A stretch of DNA of 64,000 nt, taken from Eledone cirrhosa (Eukaryota). Below, piece by piece: positions 13,019-25,628 of this stretch. The notes below the pieces were generated by a model. The model was not told where the DNA came from, made no database searches, and was given only the letters and a program-made list of their open reading frames with translations. Each line of letters begins with the position of its first letter. The first letter of the stretch is position 1. The stretch covers positions 496,001-560,000 of the forward strand of contig OZ024740.1 in assembly GCA_964016885.1 (NCBI GenBank), in the 5' to 3' direction. The position numbers were made by a program, and so were the translations under genes.

Positions 13019-13510
13019 TCATATATATAAATATATATGTATATATAAATTTACACTACAAAGTTCAATACACAGACGTGCATTCACAGAGTTGAGCACT
13101 CAGGCAAGAATTAACTGGTTAACAAGGTGTATCCGTATCACAAGTAGGAGCATATGCTGGGAAGGTTGCAGGCAAATTCATATACAGCAGCACGAACATC
13201 AAGAGGCAAATAACTGAGGCGGATATTAGTGAGCAGAAGCAGGCAAGTGCAGGTGGTAAAATACAGTCAGGTGAAGCAGGTTATTATTTAATATAATATA
13301 AGAAAACTCAGCAACAGTGCACAACAAATAGCTTCCAATAGCTTTTTTTATTCTTAATCTTATTCTTACTTTTATGTTTATTTTTATTTTACTCCTCTTA
13401 TTTTGCTCCTTTTACTTTACTCTTTAAACTCCTCCCAACTTATGGTATCCCCACATATATTCTTCTGTTTTGGCTTTGTCAATGCTTGTATACTTTGTAT
13501 TTACTCTTTA

Positions 13511-13556
13511 TGCTCTGAAGAGTCCCACTTCTAGTGTGGACGAAACACTGTTAGCA
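13511..13556 (+). ncRNA. Minimal type I hammerhead ribozyme
   Basis: TGCT-CTGAAGA-GTCC CAC TTCTA GTG T GGAC-GAAA-CACTG-TT-AGCA: canonical GTCC/GGAC stem II, 4-bp stem I; stem III one base short of a palindrome. Confidence 0.65.
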
Positions 13557-14705
13557 ATTAAAGATATACCTATGTTCTAAGCGCTCTTTGTTGTTAATTG
13601 TATTACGGCTCTGTCCTCTGACATTGAGCTAACCATATACTGCCTACTTGATAAGTGGAGTGTTACACACTCCCAATTCTCTCCCTTATATATATATATA
13701 AATATATATTTATTAAATAACAGATTAAAGTTTAAGCAAAGAATCGCTGCTTTCACCCTTAACGGGATCTTCTGAAACTAACAAAGTCAATCTGTAAACG
13801 CAGAACTGGATATTTCAAAAAACGTTGCAACCGGAGGAAGACAGGAAGACGATACTTTGGTTCGTGGAAACGTTCGCTGGCAAAGAACGGGAAAGAACGA
13901 ATAATACGTCATTAATAGGAGCGGTGAAAAACAATTACGCGCAAAGACAGAACCACGTTTATGGTATAAAAGAGGTCGTAGACTAATGTTCTCTTAGGTG
14001 GTGCATAGAGACGTTCTCTGGCAATGAACGAAAAAACGAAGATAATAAGTCATATGTGGAGCGTGGAGAACAATAGCACGCAAAAACAAAACCACGTAAA
14101 TGGTATAGCAGAAGTCGTAGACTAAAATTCTAACTAGGAGACCAAATGAATCTCCGCTACAGAGTTAAGAACAAAGTAAATAAATACAATACAGAAGTAA
14201 TAGAAATAAATAAATACGTACACGCAAACAAATACGTACATACACAAGCATACGCAAAACCTTACCATAGGTATACAAAACCACGCACATATAAATATGT
14301 GTGTGTGTGTGTATGCTTGTGTACAAATAAATAATTATATAAACGTATATAAGTAAATAAATACGTATATAACAAGCGCACACACATACCTACATATCAA
14401 TACACGAATGTTCGGAGACGTAAGTCAACTAAAACAAGAAGTACACATATACACACACCCACCATACGTACGAACCTGCATACTCACGCAGACGCAAAAC
14501 TCCCGTATACACATAGCCAAACCCTAAATACCAGAATATATAAAAATTATACGCCATAACAATCAAATATACGTACGAGAAGGTATACATACCTTCACAA
14601 AACATACGGGTAATATATACTTACCTATGCAAATAAGTAAAGGAATAAACAAAACATATACTTAGCTCCCACATCAAGACGTAAAATATCCACGTATAGA
14701 TTGTG

Positions 14706-15383
14706 CTATCTGTTAGGGTATAACGTGGGGCTGTAATACAGGAAAGTTTTGTGCAATTTATGTTTACAAGCCGAAATTGCCTCAGATTTTTTGTTTAAGA
14801 TGTGGTCTGTGGCGTAGAGTATTTCCAGGGCCTCAGCGGCGCAGAGGTCACATGGTCTTTTATTTCCGTTATACGATCTAGCCCTAGCTAGGATCTCCCA
14901 GTGTAACTTATATTGGGTGTGGTTGTCTTTTAGACTCCATATATAAGCTGAAAGTGACGTCATATTCCTTCTTAGAGGGTAACGAAAAGAATGGGTATGC
15001 ATGTAGAGACGCTGCTTGAAACTATTGGCGGTTAACCCTATGTAGGCCCTACGGGACGTGGGTGTTACAACCTTACATTTGTAGACAATGTTACTAGAGA
15101 GGCATTTCCCGGAAAGGGGGCAATCAGCCCGATTCCTACAATTACAGTTAGTACTAACTACAGGGTTGCACGTGTTCCTACGGCTAGGTAGTTTAGCTAA
15201 ATTTGAAGCTGTGATGTTATGTGCAAGGTTAGGAGTCGTAGAGTAAGAAATTTTAATAGTATTTCTATTAAAAATTTTACTATATTTATGTGTAGGGGGA
15301 AAATGCTTCGTAATAAGGGAAAGGAAGATCTTAGCTAATGGTGTGGCCACCTCCATATTATATGGTGAGTTAAACCAAAAAAT
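14706..15383 (-). mobile_element. Penelope-like element, RT-thumb/linker + GIY-YIG endonuclease (5'-truncated)
   Basis: WFNSPY (just upstream of the tracked ORF), IKISYSTTPN, CNCRNRADCPLSGKC, NIVYKC...AYIGLT..FKQRL..H, CDLC..E, LNKKSE..CKH. Confidence 0.88.
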
Positions 15384-15384
15384 C

Positions 15385-15871
15385 GAGAGAGAGAGAGAGA
15401 GATAGAGAGAGGGGGAGAGAACGAAAACCTTAAGTCATGTCATATTAAGTTAAGTTAACAATTGAGATGAAATGAATAAATAAAATTAGAAATATTAATA
15501 TTCATGAATGGAATATACATATATAATATGAGAAATTAATCATTGTTTAACTATGATTAGATATTTAGTTTAAAAATTGGAATTTAAACATTAAGAAATC
15601 TATATATTGCTAGATAAATTACATATCACGTACACACACGCAAAAATACACATAAATATATATACACACACTCAGAAAATACACATCATATCTATCCCCG
15701 TATATAATATATACATACAAAGCATAAGTGATTTTTTTTTATTAATGTTATACATACTTTGTGTTAAGAAATAACATTTTTAATATATATAAATATATAG
15801 GATTAGGTGTCATGCATTTATGGCTGTTAATTATGTCTATCTGCAATCAAATTGTATGGGTACACATGTAC
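15385..15871 (-). repeat. Partial copy of the hammerhead-bearing repeat; left arm of an inverted repeat with 16829-17320
   Basis: Near-exact reverse complement of 16829-17320. Confidence 0.85.
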
Positions 15872-15874
15872 CCA

Positions 15875-16145
15875 AAATTCTTTTACAGATCCAAACAAAA
15901 AATCTTCAACTTCGCTATCTAGCCTATTATGGGACCTAAAACGAGATAATTTTGAATATTCGCTGATTTGGAATATTATTTCAAAAGCTACTCCTTTTAA
16001 TTCCTCTTCAGAAAATTGCGATCTTTGTATAGAGGAAATATTCTTTATATTAAAGACAAAAAATTCCCTGAATTTAAGGACTATTTTATTCAGTTGCTGC
16101 AGACATAGATTGAACTCAACGTTTAAATATAAATTTAAAATGTAG
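15875..16145 (+). mobile_element. Penelope-like GIY-YIG C-terminal remnant
   Basis: STSLSSLLWDLK...YSLIWNII...CDLCIEE...LNLR...CRH parallels the C-terminus of 14706-15356. Confidence 0.8.
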
Positions 16146-16828
16146 TATAATTAATTAAGTAATTTGGTTAATATATGAAACCTGTCGTTAAATCATTAGA
16201 TTCCTTCACCTTTTTCATTTTTCATTTTCTTTGGTTAAGTACTCAAGTATAAATAAATTTTCTTCCTAAATATAAATATAAATATAATAAATATTCTAGA
16301 GAAATATATTGAGAGCTCTTGAAAGGAGAAAATATTTCCTATTTCTTATTTTTTTATATTTTATATTTTTCATATTTTTTAATATTTTATTTATTTTTTA
16401 TTAGGTTTGTTTTTATTCTGATAGCTTCTCATAATTTTCGAAAGTTTATCCTTTCAATATCTTGAGTAAAATATACGTAAGATAAATTTCTATACTAAAT
16501 CTATTAAACATATTATTTTAACTTAAAATATTCTATAATATTTTTTAATATTTTAATATTTTAGAATTCTTTGGATATAATTATATTTCCAAAATATAAT
16601 CCTTTTGTATTTTATGTACTCAATTATACTATGTAATATATTGATGTATACTTATCTATATACGAATATGTATGTATATGTGTATATTAACATACATATA
16701 CATGTGTTATATGCATTTTTATGAATATATCTCTGTCTGTATATACATGCGTGACACATCTCTACCAATTGGGATGAGGATGCACACACATGTTTATATA
16801 TGTATATGTAAGAATTGTGTGTGTACAT

Positions 16829-17670
16829 GTACATGTGTACCCATACAATTTGATTGCAGATAGACATAATTAACAGCCATAAATGCATGACACCTAATCC
16901 TATATATTTATATATATTAAAAATGTTATTTCATAACACAAAGGATGTATAATATTAATAAAAAAAATCACTTATGCTTTGTATGTATATATTATATACG
17001 GGGATAGATATGATGTGTATTTTCTGAGTGTGTGTATATATATATATATTTATGTGTATTTTTGCGTGTGTGTATGTGTTATATGATATGTAATTTATCT
17101 AGCAATATATAGATTTCTTAATGTTTAAATTCCAATTTTTAATATATTGATTTCAATTTTTAAACTAAATATCTAATCATAGTTAAACAATGATTAATTT
17201 CTCATATTATATATGTATATTCCATTCATGAATATTAATTTTCTAATTTTATTTATTCATTTCATCTCGATTGTTAACTTAACTTAATATGACATGACTT
17301 AAGGTTTTCGTTCTCTCTCTCTATCTCTATATTTCTCTCTGTCTGATGTTTTGATATATCTCTCTCATTTTTCTTTTTTTCTTTCTTTCTTTATTTCTCC
17401 CTTTCTCTCTCCGTTTTTTCTCTCTCTCCGTCTTTTTCCTTCTCTGTAACACAACGACTTACTAATAAGTAAACAAATCCACTATCCTGATGTCTTCCAA
17501 AAGTAACGGTAGCATTTTGAAAGGGTATGTCAATATTTATTTATAAAACTGGTAGATATTGTATTTTGTCTGATGAAAGCATACCATAATTTAACATGGT
17601 ATCCTTGAAATATGTATAATAAAATAGATATGGTTTTATAAATAGAGTTTCCATTTGTTAATATCGTATA
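16829..17670 (+). mobile_element. Non-coding Penelope-like LTR/3' region ending in a hammerhead
   Basis: Homologous to 4075-6530, 15385-15871 and 35130-35400; lies downstream of the GIY-YIG remnant on the same strand. Confidence 0.65.
17562..17626 (+). ncRNA. Type I hammerhead ribozyme, long-stem-II family
   Basis: TATTTTGT-CTGATGA-AAGCATACCATAATTTAACATGGTATCCTT-GAAA-TATGTA-TA-ATAAAATA. Confidence 0.78.
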
Positions 17671-17739
17671 TATTTATATATATATTTATTTATAAATATA
17701 TTTATTAATATATATATTTATATATATATATTTATATAA

Positions 17740-20739
17740 CCGACAGTGACTATATAATTATTGCTGGCGACCTAAATGGTCATGTTGGACAACATTGTGA
17801 CGGCTATGACGGAATCCACGGAGGCTATGGGTTTGGTACTAGAAATGAGGAAGGCTCCAGAATCCTGGAATTCTGTGACACAAATAACCTAACTATCTGT
17901 AACACTAACTTCAAAAAATGAGACAATCACTTGATCACCTACAGATCAGGTGAACATACCAGCCAGGTAGATTATATCCTTACCAGAAGACGTGACAGAG
18001 TGTCTGTTGTAAACACTAAATCCCTCCCCCATGAAGAATGCACCTCCCAACATAGACTGATAATTAGCGACCTCATAGTCAAGACGAGACGTACTCGACA
18101 ACAGAAGAAGACTATCCTCAGGAGAAAAATATGGAAGCTAAAGGACCCCACAGCCAGAAATAAATTTAAAAGCATATTACTTGATGCTTTCGACAGTAAG
18201 GAAGAGCATTTAGAGTCGTACAATATAGAGGAGCAGTGGGAATTCCTGAAAGCAAACCTGTGATGACGGCAGACGAGGTCTGTGGCTGGAGCAGGCCTAT
18301 AGGCAGGAGGAGAGTAACATGGTGGTGGAACAGTAAGGTGAAGGAGTCAATTAAGGCCAAAAAGTAGGCTTGGAAAGTATGGCGGGATGGGGGAAGTAGA
18401 GAAGACTATCAAGTGGCCAGGAGGGAAGCTAGGAGACAAGTGTACTTTGCAAGAAGGGAAGCAGAGGAAAGAAAGTTTAAGCATTTTCTACAACGCGAGG
18501 ACCAAAAACGTGAGGTATTCAGGATTGCTAAGCAATGTGTCAAGGAAAACCGTGATATTGTCGGGGAGAAGTGTGTCCTTAATGATGATGGTGTACTTGC
18601 CATCACTGACGCTGATAAGAAGGTAGTTTGGAAGTGTCACTACGAAAGGCTACTAAATGAGGAGAATAAATGGGAGAAAGACAGTCTGCCCCACATCGAT
18701 CCAATAGAGGGACCAGCAGTGTTAGTCAAAGGTAGTATAATAAGTAAGGCAATCAAAGATATGAAGACGGGTAAGGCGGGTGGGCCTTCGGAAATAGTTG
18801 CTGAAATGCTGAAAGCTTCTGGAATGGTGGCGCACACCATGGTCACCCGGATAGTAAACCAAGTCATACAGAATGGGGTTGTTCCGAAGGACTGGCGTAT
18901 CAGCATCATCATTAACTGCTACAAGGGTAAAGGAGATGCCCTAGATAGGAGTAACTATAGAGGCATTAAATTAATCGACCAGGTCATGAAGGTCACAGAA
19001 AAAGTAATAGCGCAACTAATCAGAGAGAGAATTGATCTAGATGAAATGCAGTTTGGGTTTGTGTCAGGTAAAAGTACCACAGACGCTCTTTTCATTGTAC
19101 GACAACTACAGGAGAAGTACCTAGCTAAAAGTAAACCCCTATACTTAGCTTTTGTCGACTTGGAGAAAGCTTTCGACAGAGTCCCCCGTTCCATTATCTG
19201 GTGAGCTCTTAGAAAACTAGGTGTTGATGAATGGCTTGTGAGAGCTATACAAGCCATGTATAAAGAAACAGTCAGCAAGGTTAGAATTAACAACGAATAT
19301 AGTGAAGAGTTTAGCGGAAAAGTTAGTGTTCATCAGGGCTCCGTTCTTAGCCCCCTACTATTTATTATTGCCCTTCAGGCTATAACAGAGGAGTTCAAGA
19401 CCGCCTGCCCATGGGAACTCCTATATGCAGATGATCTAACGCTCATAGCTGAATCAATGGCTGAACTAGAGAAGAAATTCCAAACATGGAAGCATGGCCT
19501 AGAATCAAAAGGCCTTAAAATTAACCTGTCTAAGACTAAAGTTCTAGTTTGTAGGAAGGAAAATAGGGCACCGGTCCCATCTGGGAAATGGCCATGCTCA
19601 GTGTGTAGGAAAGGAGTAGGCAGAAACTCTATTTTATGCAAAGTATGGGTGCATAAAAGATGTAGTGGGATCACAGGTAAGCTAACTAAGAATATAGATT
19701 TTATGTGTCCAGTGCTGTGGTGCAATAAGTAGCAGCAAGTGACCACAGAATACTAGCTCATTCCATTGCACAGATGGTTCTATAGAAATAGTGGACACCT
19801 TCCGTTACCTGGGTGACAAAATCAGCAGTGGGGGAGGGTGCTCTGAAAGTACAGTAGCTAGAGTCAGAACAGGATGGAAAAAGTTCAGAGAGCTTACACC
19901 ACTATTGGCCGCTAAAGGGTTCTCTCTAAAAATGAAAGGCAGGCTCTATGATGCCTGCATACGAACAGCAATGTTACATGGCAGTGAGACTTGGGCATTG
20001 TGTGCAGAGGATATACGCAGACTGGAGAGAAACGAAGCTTGCATGCTCCATGGATGTGTAAATTGTAATATACGTGAACAGCAAAGCATAAACGAACTAA
20101 GGGAGAAATTAGGAATAAGAGGGATCAGATGTTGTTTACTCGAGAGAAGACTACGTTGGTACGGTCACGTGATGCGCATGAAAGACAACAGCTGTATAAA
20201 AGAGTGCAGAGCGATAAAAATAGACGGTAGCCACGGAGTAGGCAGACCCAGATAAACCTGGGACGACTTGATAAATTCCGACCTCACACACTTACACCTC
20301 TCCAAGACAATGCCACTGGACCGAGATCTTTGGCGCTACACAGTAATACAGAAGATCCGCCTTGCCTAAGTACAAAGCAAAACCTACAGTCAGTAGGCAC
20401 CTCTAACAAAAATACACCCAGTCCCACTACCCCCACACCATCCACACCACCCCTTTCAATGTAAAGTTATGTTGGTACCACAACATCCAGGCCGAAACAA
20501 ATGAGGTTGTGTAGGTGTCATGACAAAAAAAAACACAGTCCACATTGTAGTGTGGCCGTGTAGGTAACACGGTAAAAACCTCCCAGTCCACACTGTAAAT
20601 GTGGTTGGTGTTAGGAAGGGCATCCAGCCATAGAAAACCTGCCAGACAGTCCTATACGAGCAAGTCAACCAATCTTGCCTCAAGTGGGAAAATTCCCGTC
20701 CAAACCCATGCAAGCGTGGAAGATGGACGTTAAATGATG

Positions 20740-20745
<6 letters not shown>
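17740..20745 (+). mobile_element. RTE-A LINE, longest copy (partial APE endonuclease, RT, PHD-like finger, 3'UTR), disabled
   Basis: IIAGDLNGHVG, SQVDYIL, SQHRLII (APE motifs); RT split over ORFs 18413-19204, 19238-19732 and 19791-20255 by stops and frameshifts. Confidence 0.93.
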
Positions 20746-20781
<36 letters not shown>

Positions 20782-20981
20782 CGAGAATCGTATTTCAGCT
20801 CAGGAATTAACGAAAAACAACTTCCGAGATGTGTGGCAAGCGCTCGTTGATTCATATGAATCAGAGCTACAACATATGTTAAAGGCCAAACACACTGAGA
20901 TGGTGGTTAAACTAATCATCCACACAGCCAAAAAAAACGACCAAGTAATTCGGGTCAAACAATAAAAATATATATATATAT

Positions 20982-21363
20982 AGGCACATGGCTTAGTGGT
21001 TAGAGCATTGGCCTTGCAATCGAAAGGCTGTGAGTTCAATTCTCAGACTGTGTGATATGTTGTTTCCTTGAGCAAGATGCTTTATTTCACATTGCTCCAG
21101 TTTACTCAGCTGTAGAAATAAGATGATAGGGACTGGGGTCCATATCATTCCACTGCAAAGTGGCCGTAGAGGTGCCATGGCAACAAAAGCACCCAGCCCA
21201 CTGTATAGTGGGTGTGTAGACGCCACGGAAAAAAAGCAACTAGCACTCACTGTAAATGAGGTTGGTGTTAAGAAGGGCATCCAGCTGTAGAAATCAAGCC
21301 AGAATCAATTCCTGTCCCACCCTTGCAAGCAGGGAAAAGTGGACGTAAAATGATGATGATGAT
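20982..21363 (+). mobile_element. SINE-A
   Basis: AGGCACATGGCTTAGTGGTTAGAGC head through GGACGTAAAAT(GAT)n tail. Confidence 0.87.
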
Positions 21364-21399
21364 ATATATGTGTGTGTGCGCTTGTATTATTTCTATTTC

Positions 21400-21505
21400 A
21401 TCGAGGTTAACTTTGCCTTTCATCCTTATGGGGTCGATAAAATAAAGTACCAGTAATGCACTGAGTAATTTGCTGGCCTTGTGCCAAATGTAGAAACAAT
21501 TATTT
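21400..21505 (+). mobile_element. SINE-B 3' part
   Basis: GAGGTTAACTTTGCCTTTCATCCTTATGGGGTCGATAAAATAAAGTACCAG block. Confidence 0.75.
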
Positions 21506-22034
21506 CTATTTCATTCTTGGGTGTCTTTACCCATAATTCTTCACATATTTTATCACATTAGAAGAGAATCAAATTATTTTATTCTTCCTAATTTGTTGAA
21601 TCTTTTCCCCACTTAGCCTATTTTCCTAATATTGGCAGCAATAATGGTATACTTCTAAATTACCAATTTAAACAATATTTCTACATACAAATACTGAGAT
21701 ATTGCAAAATTTGAGATTTTTAATTCACAGATAACTTCTGAAATAATTCAATTATTTTTTTTACACTAATCTTGGCAACTAACAAAGAAACTCACTTTGG
21801 GGAAAAAGTTTTACAGAAAAAGAAAAAATTGAATTTTACCAAAATTTTTAACTCTAGTTCCAAATATCTCCATGGAATATATACTTTTGGGCTTTCACAA
21901 ATATAATTAAAACATTTTTTTGTATCTTATATATATATGTGTGTGGTTGCTTACATAATCATTTTGCACCCACTTTTTTATGTTAGCATGAGTTGGGTGA
22001 ATTGTTATAGAGTAATTCAGTATTTATATATCTA

Positions 22035-22295
22035 GGGCGGGTAAAACTCCCGAGATCCATGGACGAGTTCTCTTTAGCAGTCTCTGTCCCTCATTATCGC
22101 TGCCATATCCTGCGTCTCCAACAGACCAGTGTCTGTCCTTAGGGCATCAACATACGTTAACCTTGGTCTTCCTCTTCCAGTGTGTCCATGCAGGGGCTCC
22201 CACAGGAGCACTGAGTGCAGTGTCAACTCTGGATGTCGGTGAGCATGTCCAGCTAACCTCAGTCTCCTCTGTGTCACTTTTGAGCTGACTTTTAG
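22035..22295 (-). mobile_element. 3' fragment of a distinct RTE-like LINE
   Basis: RRLRLAGHAHRHPE...LLWEP..GRGRPRLTY C-terminal motif. Confidence 0.75.
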
Positions 22296-22560
22296 GATAT
22301 ATATATATATCACAGAAAAAAAGAGAATCAGTGTTTGATGAATGGAATTGTATATATTGATAATGTAAGAAGCAAAGAAAATATCAGTGATACAAAAAGA
22401 TTTTCTGGTGGAAGTTCAGGTAAACTCTGAGTGTATATCCAGTTTCAGAGTGAAAATCCAACGATTTTGAGAGGTCCATATAAGTGTTGATATATGTATG
22501 TAAAAGGTAAACAAATAACACACCTGCCTGTCCCTTCAATCTTTCTAATTTCTCATTCTT

Positions 22561-22596
22561 TCTTCTGATGAAGGACTAGCATCCAAAACGTTAAGA
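22561..22596 (+). ncRNA. Decayed minimal hammerhead (GAAA->AAAA)
   Basis: TCTT-CTGATGA-AGGACTAGCATCC-AAAA-CG-TT-AAGA. Confidence 0.4.
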
Positions 22597-23595
22597 CCCT
22601 CTTCCTGCTATATATAAATATCATCATCATTATATTGTGGAAGAACGGGCGTAAAACGGTGGTGATGATATATAATCTGTGTGCGAGTCCCAGGTTCAAT
22701 TGGGGGTAACCATAGTAGTAAGGTACATTACTAGAGTGGTGATTTCTTTTGAATCAAACAGTTCTAGTCCTGTAGAAGCCATTTCTATATCAAACAGGAT
22801 ACATATATACATCATCAAAATGGTGAATTGGAGGTTGATAGAACATCGGATAGAATGGTTGGCGGTATTCATTTCAACTCTCTGCTTGAGTTCAAATCCT
22901 GCTGAGGTTGATAAAAAAAAGTACCAATCTAGTATTGGGGTCAATTCCTCTATATCTCATTTCCTTTCTCTCAGTATCTATCCCTCTCTGAAAGAAACCT
23001 GCTATATTCATACCTGGAGAGGAGACGGGTCCTCCAGGTTTAAAACTGTCCTAGAAATGCCGGATGTCAATATGGTGCCCCTACAATCCATTCAGGAGTT
23101 ACGGGACCATACATGTATGCAATTCAGTACTTAATCTGTGCTACTGTCTCTTAGGAAGGTTAGAGCAAGGTTTCTACAGCTTGATGCTCTTCCTAATGCC
23201 AACAAGTTAATAAAATGTACTCTGTGTGTGTGTATCTTTATTATTATTTCTTCATTGTTTTTACATTTACTCTTCCATGCCAGCTTAGGTTGGACGAGAT
23301 GTTTTGAGAAAATATTTTACTGCCAGATACCCTTCCTGATATACTGTTTTTAATATACCACTTCTGCTTTTGATTGTGCTTGTAATTTGTAATGTATTGA
23401 TTGGTATTGTATGGAGTTATCTCTTGTATGTAATACAGTTGACACTTCAAACAATATCTAGACTCTTGAAAATATGTAGTGATGGACAAATACCTTGTAT
23501 GTATTGTAGTATGGCCCACTGCTCTGCATTGAAACGTATGTAGAATAACGATATTGTTTAAGTGTAACTTGGTTCTTCTCGCTATTAAAATAATA

Positions 23596-24892
23596 TCATC
23601 ATCATCATCATCAACGTTTAACGTCCGTGTTCCACGCTTGCATGGGTTTGGACGGGGGTAGTCCCACTTGAGGCAAGAGTGATTGTCTTGCTCGCATAGG
23701 ACTGTCTGGCAGGTTTTCTACAGTTGGATGCCCTTCCTAACACCAACCACATTTACAGTGTGGGTCTGGGAGGTTTTTACCGTGTTGCCTACACGGCCAC
23801 ATTACAGCGTGGACTGTGTGTTTTTTTGTCGTGACACCTACACGATCTCATTTGTTTCGGCCTGGATGGCGCGGCACCAACATAACTTTACATAGGATGG
23901 GGTGGTGTGGATGGGTGGGGGTGGTGGCGGGACGGGGTGTATTTTGTTAGAGATGCCTACTGGCAAGGCGGGTCTTCTCTGTTACTGAGTACCGCCAAAG
24001 GTCTCGGTCCAGTGACATTGTCTTGGAGAGGTGTAAGTGTGTGAGGTCGGAGTTTATCAGCTCGTCCCAGGTTTTTCTAGGTCTGCCTATTCCGTGGCTA
24101 CCGTCTATCTTTATTGCCCTGCACTTTGTTATACAGCTATCGACTTTCATGCGCATCACGTGTCCATACCAACGTAGCCTTCTCTCGAGTAAACAACATC
24201 TGATCCCTCTTATCTCTAATTTTTTCCTTAGTTCGTTTATGCTTTGCCGTTCACGTATATTACTGTTACACATCCAGCAGAGCATGCAAGCTTCGTTCCT
24301 CTCTAGTCTGCGTATATCCTCTGCACACAATGCCCAGGTCTCACTGCCATGCAACATTGCTGTTCGTATGCAGGCATCGTACAACCTGCCTTTCATTTTT
24401 AGGGAGAACCCTTTAGCAGCTAATAGTGGTATAAGCTCTCTGAACTTTTTCCAACCAGTTCTGACTCTAGCTACAGTACTTTCAGAGCACCCTCCCCCAC
24501 TGCTGATTTTATCGCCCAGGTAACGAAAGCTGTCCACTATTTCTATAGAACCCTCTGCGCAATTGAAAGAGCTAGTATTTTGTGGGCACTTGCTGCTACT
24601 TATTGCACCAGAACACCGGCCACATGTAAAATCTATGTTCTTAGTTAGCTTACCTGTGATCCCACTACATCTTTTATGCACCGATACTTTGCATTTAGGA
24701 CATAAAATGGAGTTTCTACCTACGCCTTTCCTACACACCGAGCACGACCATTTCCCAGAAGGGACCGCCGCCTTGTTTTCTTTCCTACAAACTAGAACTT
24801 TGGTCTTAGCCAGGTTAATTTTAAGTCCTTTTGACTCTAGGCCGTGCTTCCATGTTTGGAATTTCTTCTCTAGCTCGGCCATTGATTCCGCT
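23596..24892 (-). mobile_element. RTE-A LINE, 5'-truncated
   Basis: ORF 23947-24882 with C4HC3 finger; 3'UTR; (CAT)n tail. Confidence 0.92.
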
Positions 24893-24900
24893 ATATATAT

Positions 24901-25046
24901 ACTGTAAATGTGGTTGACATTACGAAGGGTATCCAGCCATAGAAAACCAAATGAGTCATGGTCAACCGACCCAACTTGCCTCTAAATGGGACAAACCCAT
25001 CCAACCCATGCTAGCGGGGAAGATAGATGTTAAATGATGATGATAT
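24901..25046 (+). mobile_element. Old RTE/SINE tail fragment
   Basis: Diverged ACTGTAAATGTGGTTG..GAAGGGTATCCAGCC..AACCCATGCTAGC..GATGAT. Confidence 0.65.
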
Positions 25047-25509
25047 TGATATATATATACACACATTCTTATATAAAATCATTGAATATTAATGGGGGTT
25101 TTTTATATTCAACATTAAGAACATGAGTATCAATGTATACTATAAAAAAATATAAGAACTCATCTAGATAATGAATTTTGAAAGACATAATTAATTTATG
25201 CATAATGTGTTAATAACTTGACAGCATCATGTGAAAAGCAATCATAGAAATATTAATAGATGTAACACTAATTAAAACATCATTATTACATTTAGAAAAA
25301 TAAAATAAAACTTACTCCCAACTGTTTCTATTCATATTTAGTTGGTTTCACTCAACTAATTGATTTAATGCTAGGAAATCATAGAATGATAGGAATAATT
25401 GTATGGTTTCGCCTTGCTTTGTCTCAAATACGTTTGTTTTCTCTCTTCTGTCCACTGGGACAATGAGCTGGCAGCATATACCTGTGTTTTTGCATGACAT
25501 AGAGCATTT

Positions 25510-25628
25510 ACCCACATTGTCCAGACATATATCACTGTGGTAATGGTGGTAGTCTGTGTAATATTGGAGAATGTTATCCCACATTGTCCAGACATATATC
25601 ACTGTAGTAGTAATGGTGGTGGTCTGTA
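25510..25628. repeat. Two-copy tandem duplication (~68-bp period)
   Basis: CCCACATTGTCCAGACATATATCACTGT...GTAATGGTGGT occurs twice. Confidence 0.75.

Noticed and set aside
13741-13782. Hammerhead-like CAGAAGA-TCCCGTTAAGGGT-GAAA on the minus strand downstream of the GIY-YIG ORF
   Set aside because: Core mutated and no stem I or III can be formed; at most a relic.
20982-21055. tRNA gene (GCA anticodon-like loop)
   Set aside because: A/B boxes are present but the cloverleaf is incomplete and it is always fused to the SINE-A body.
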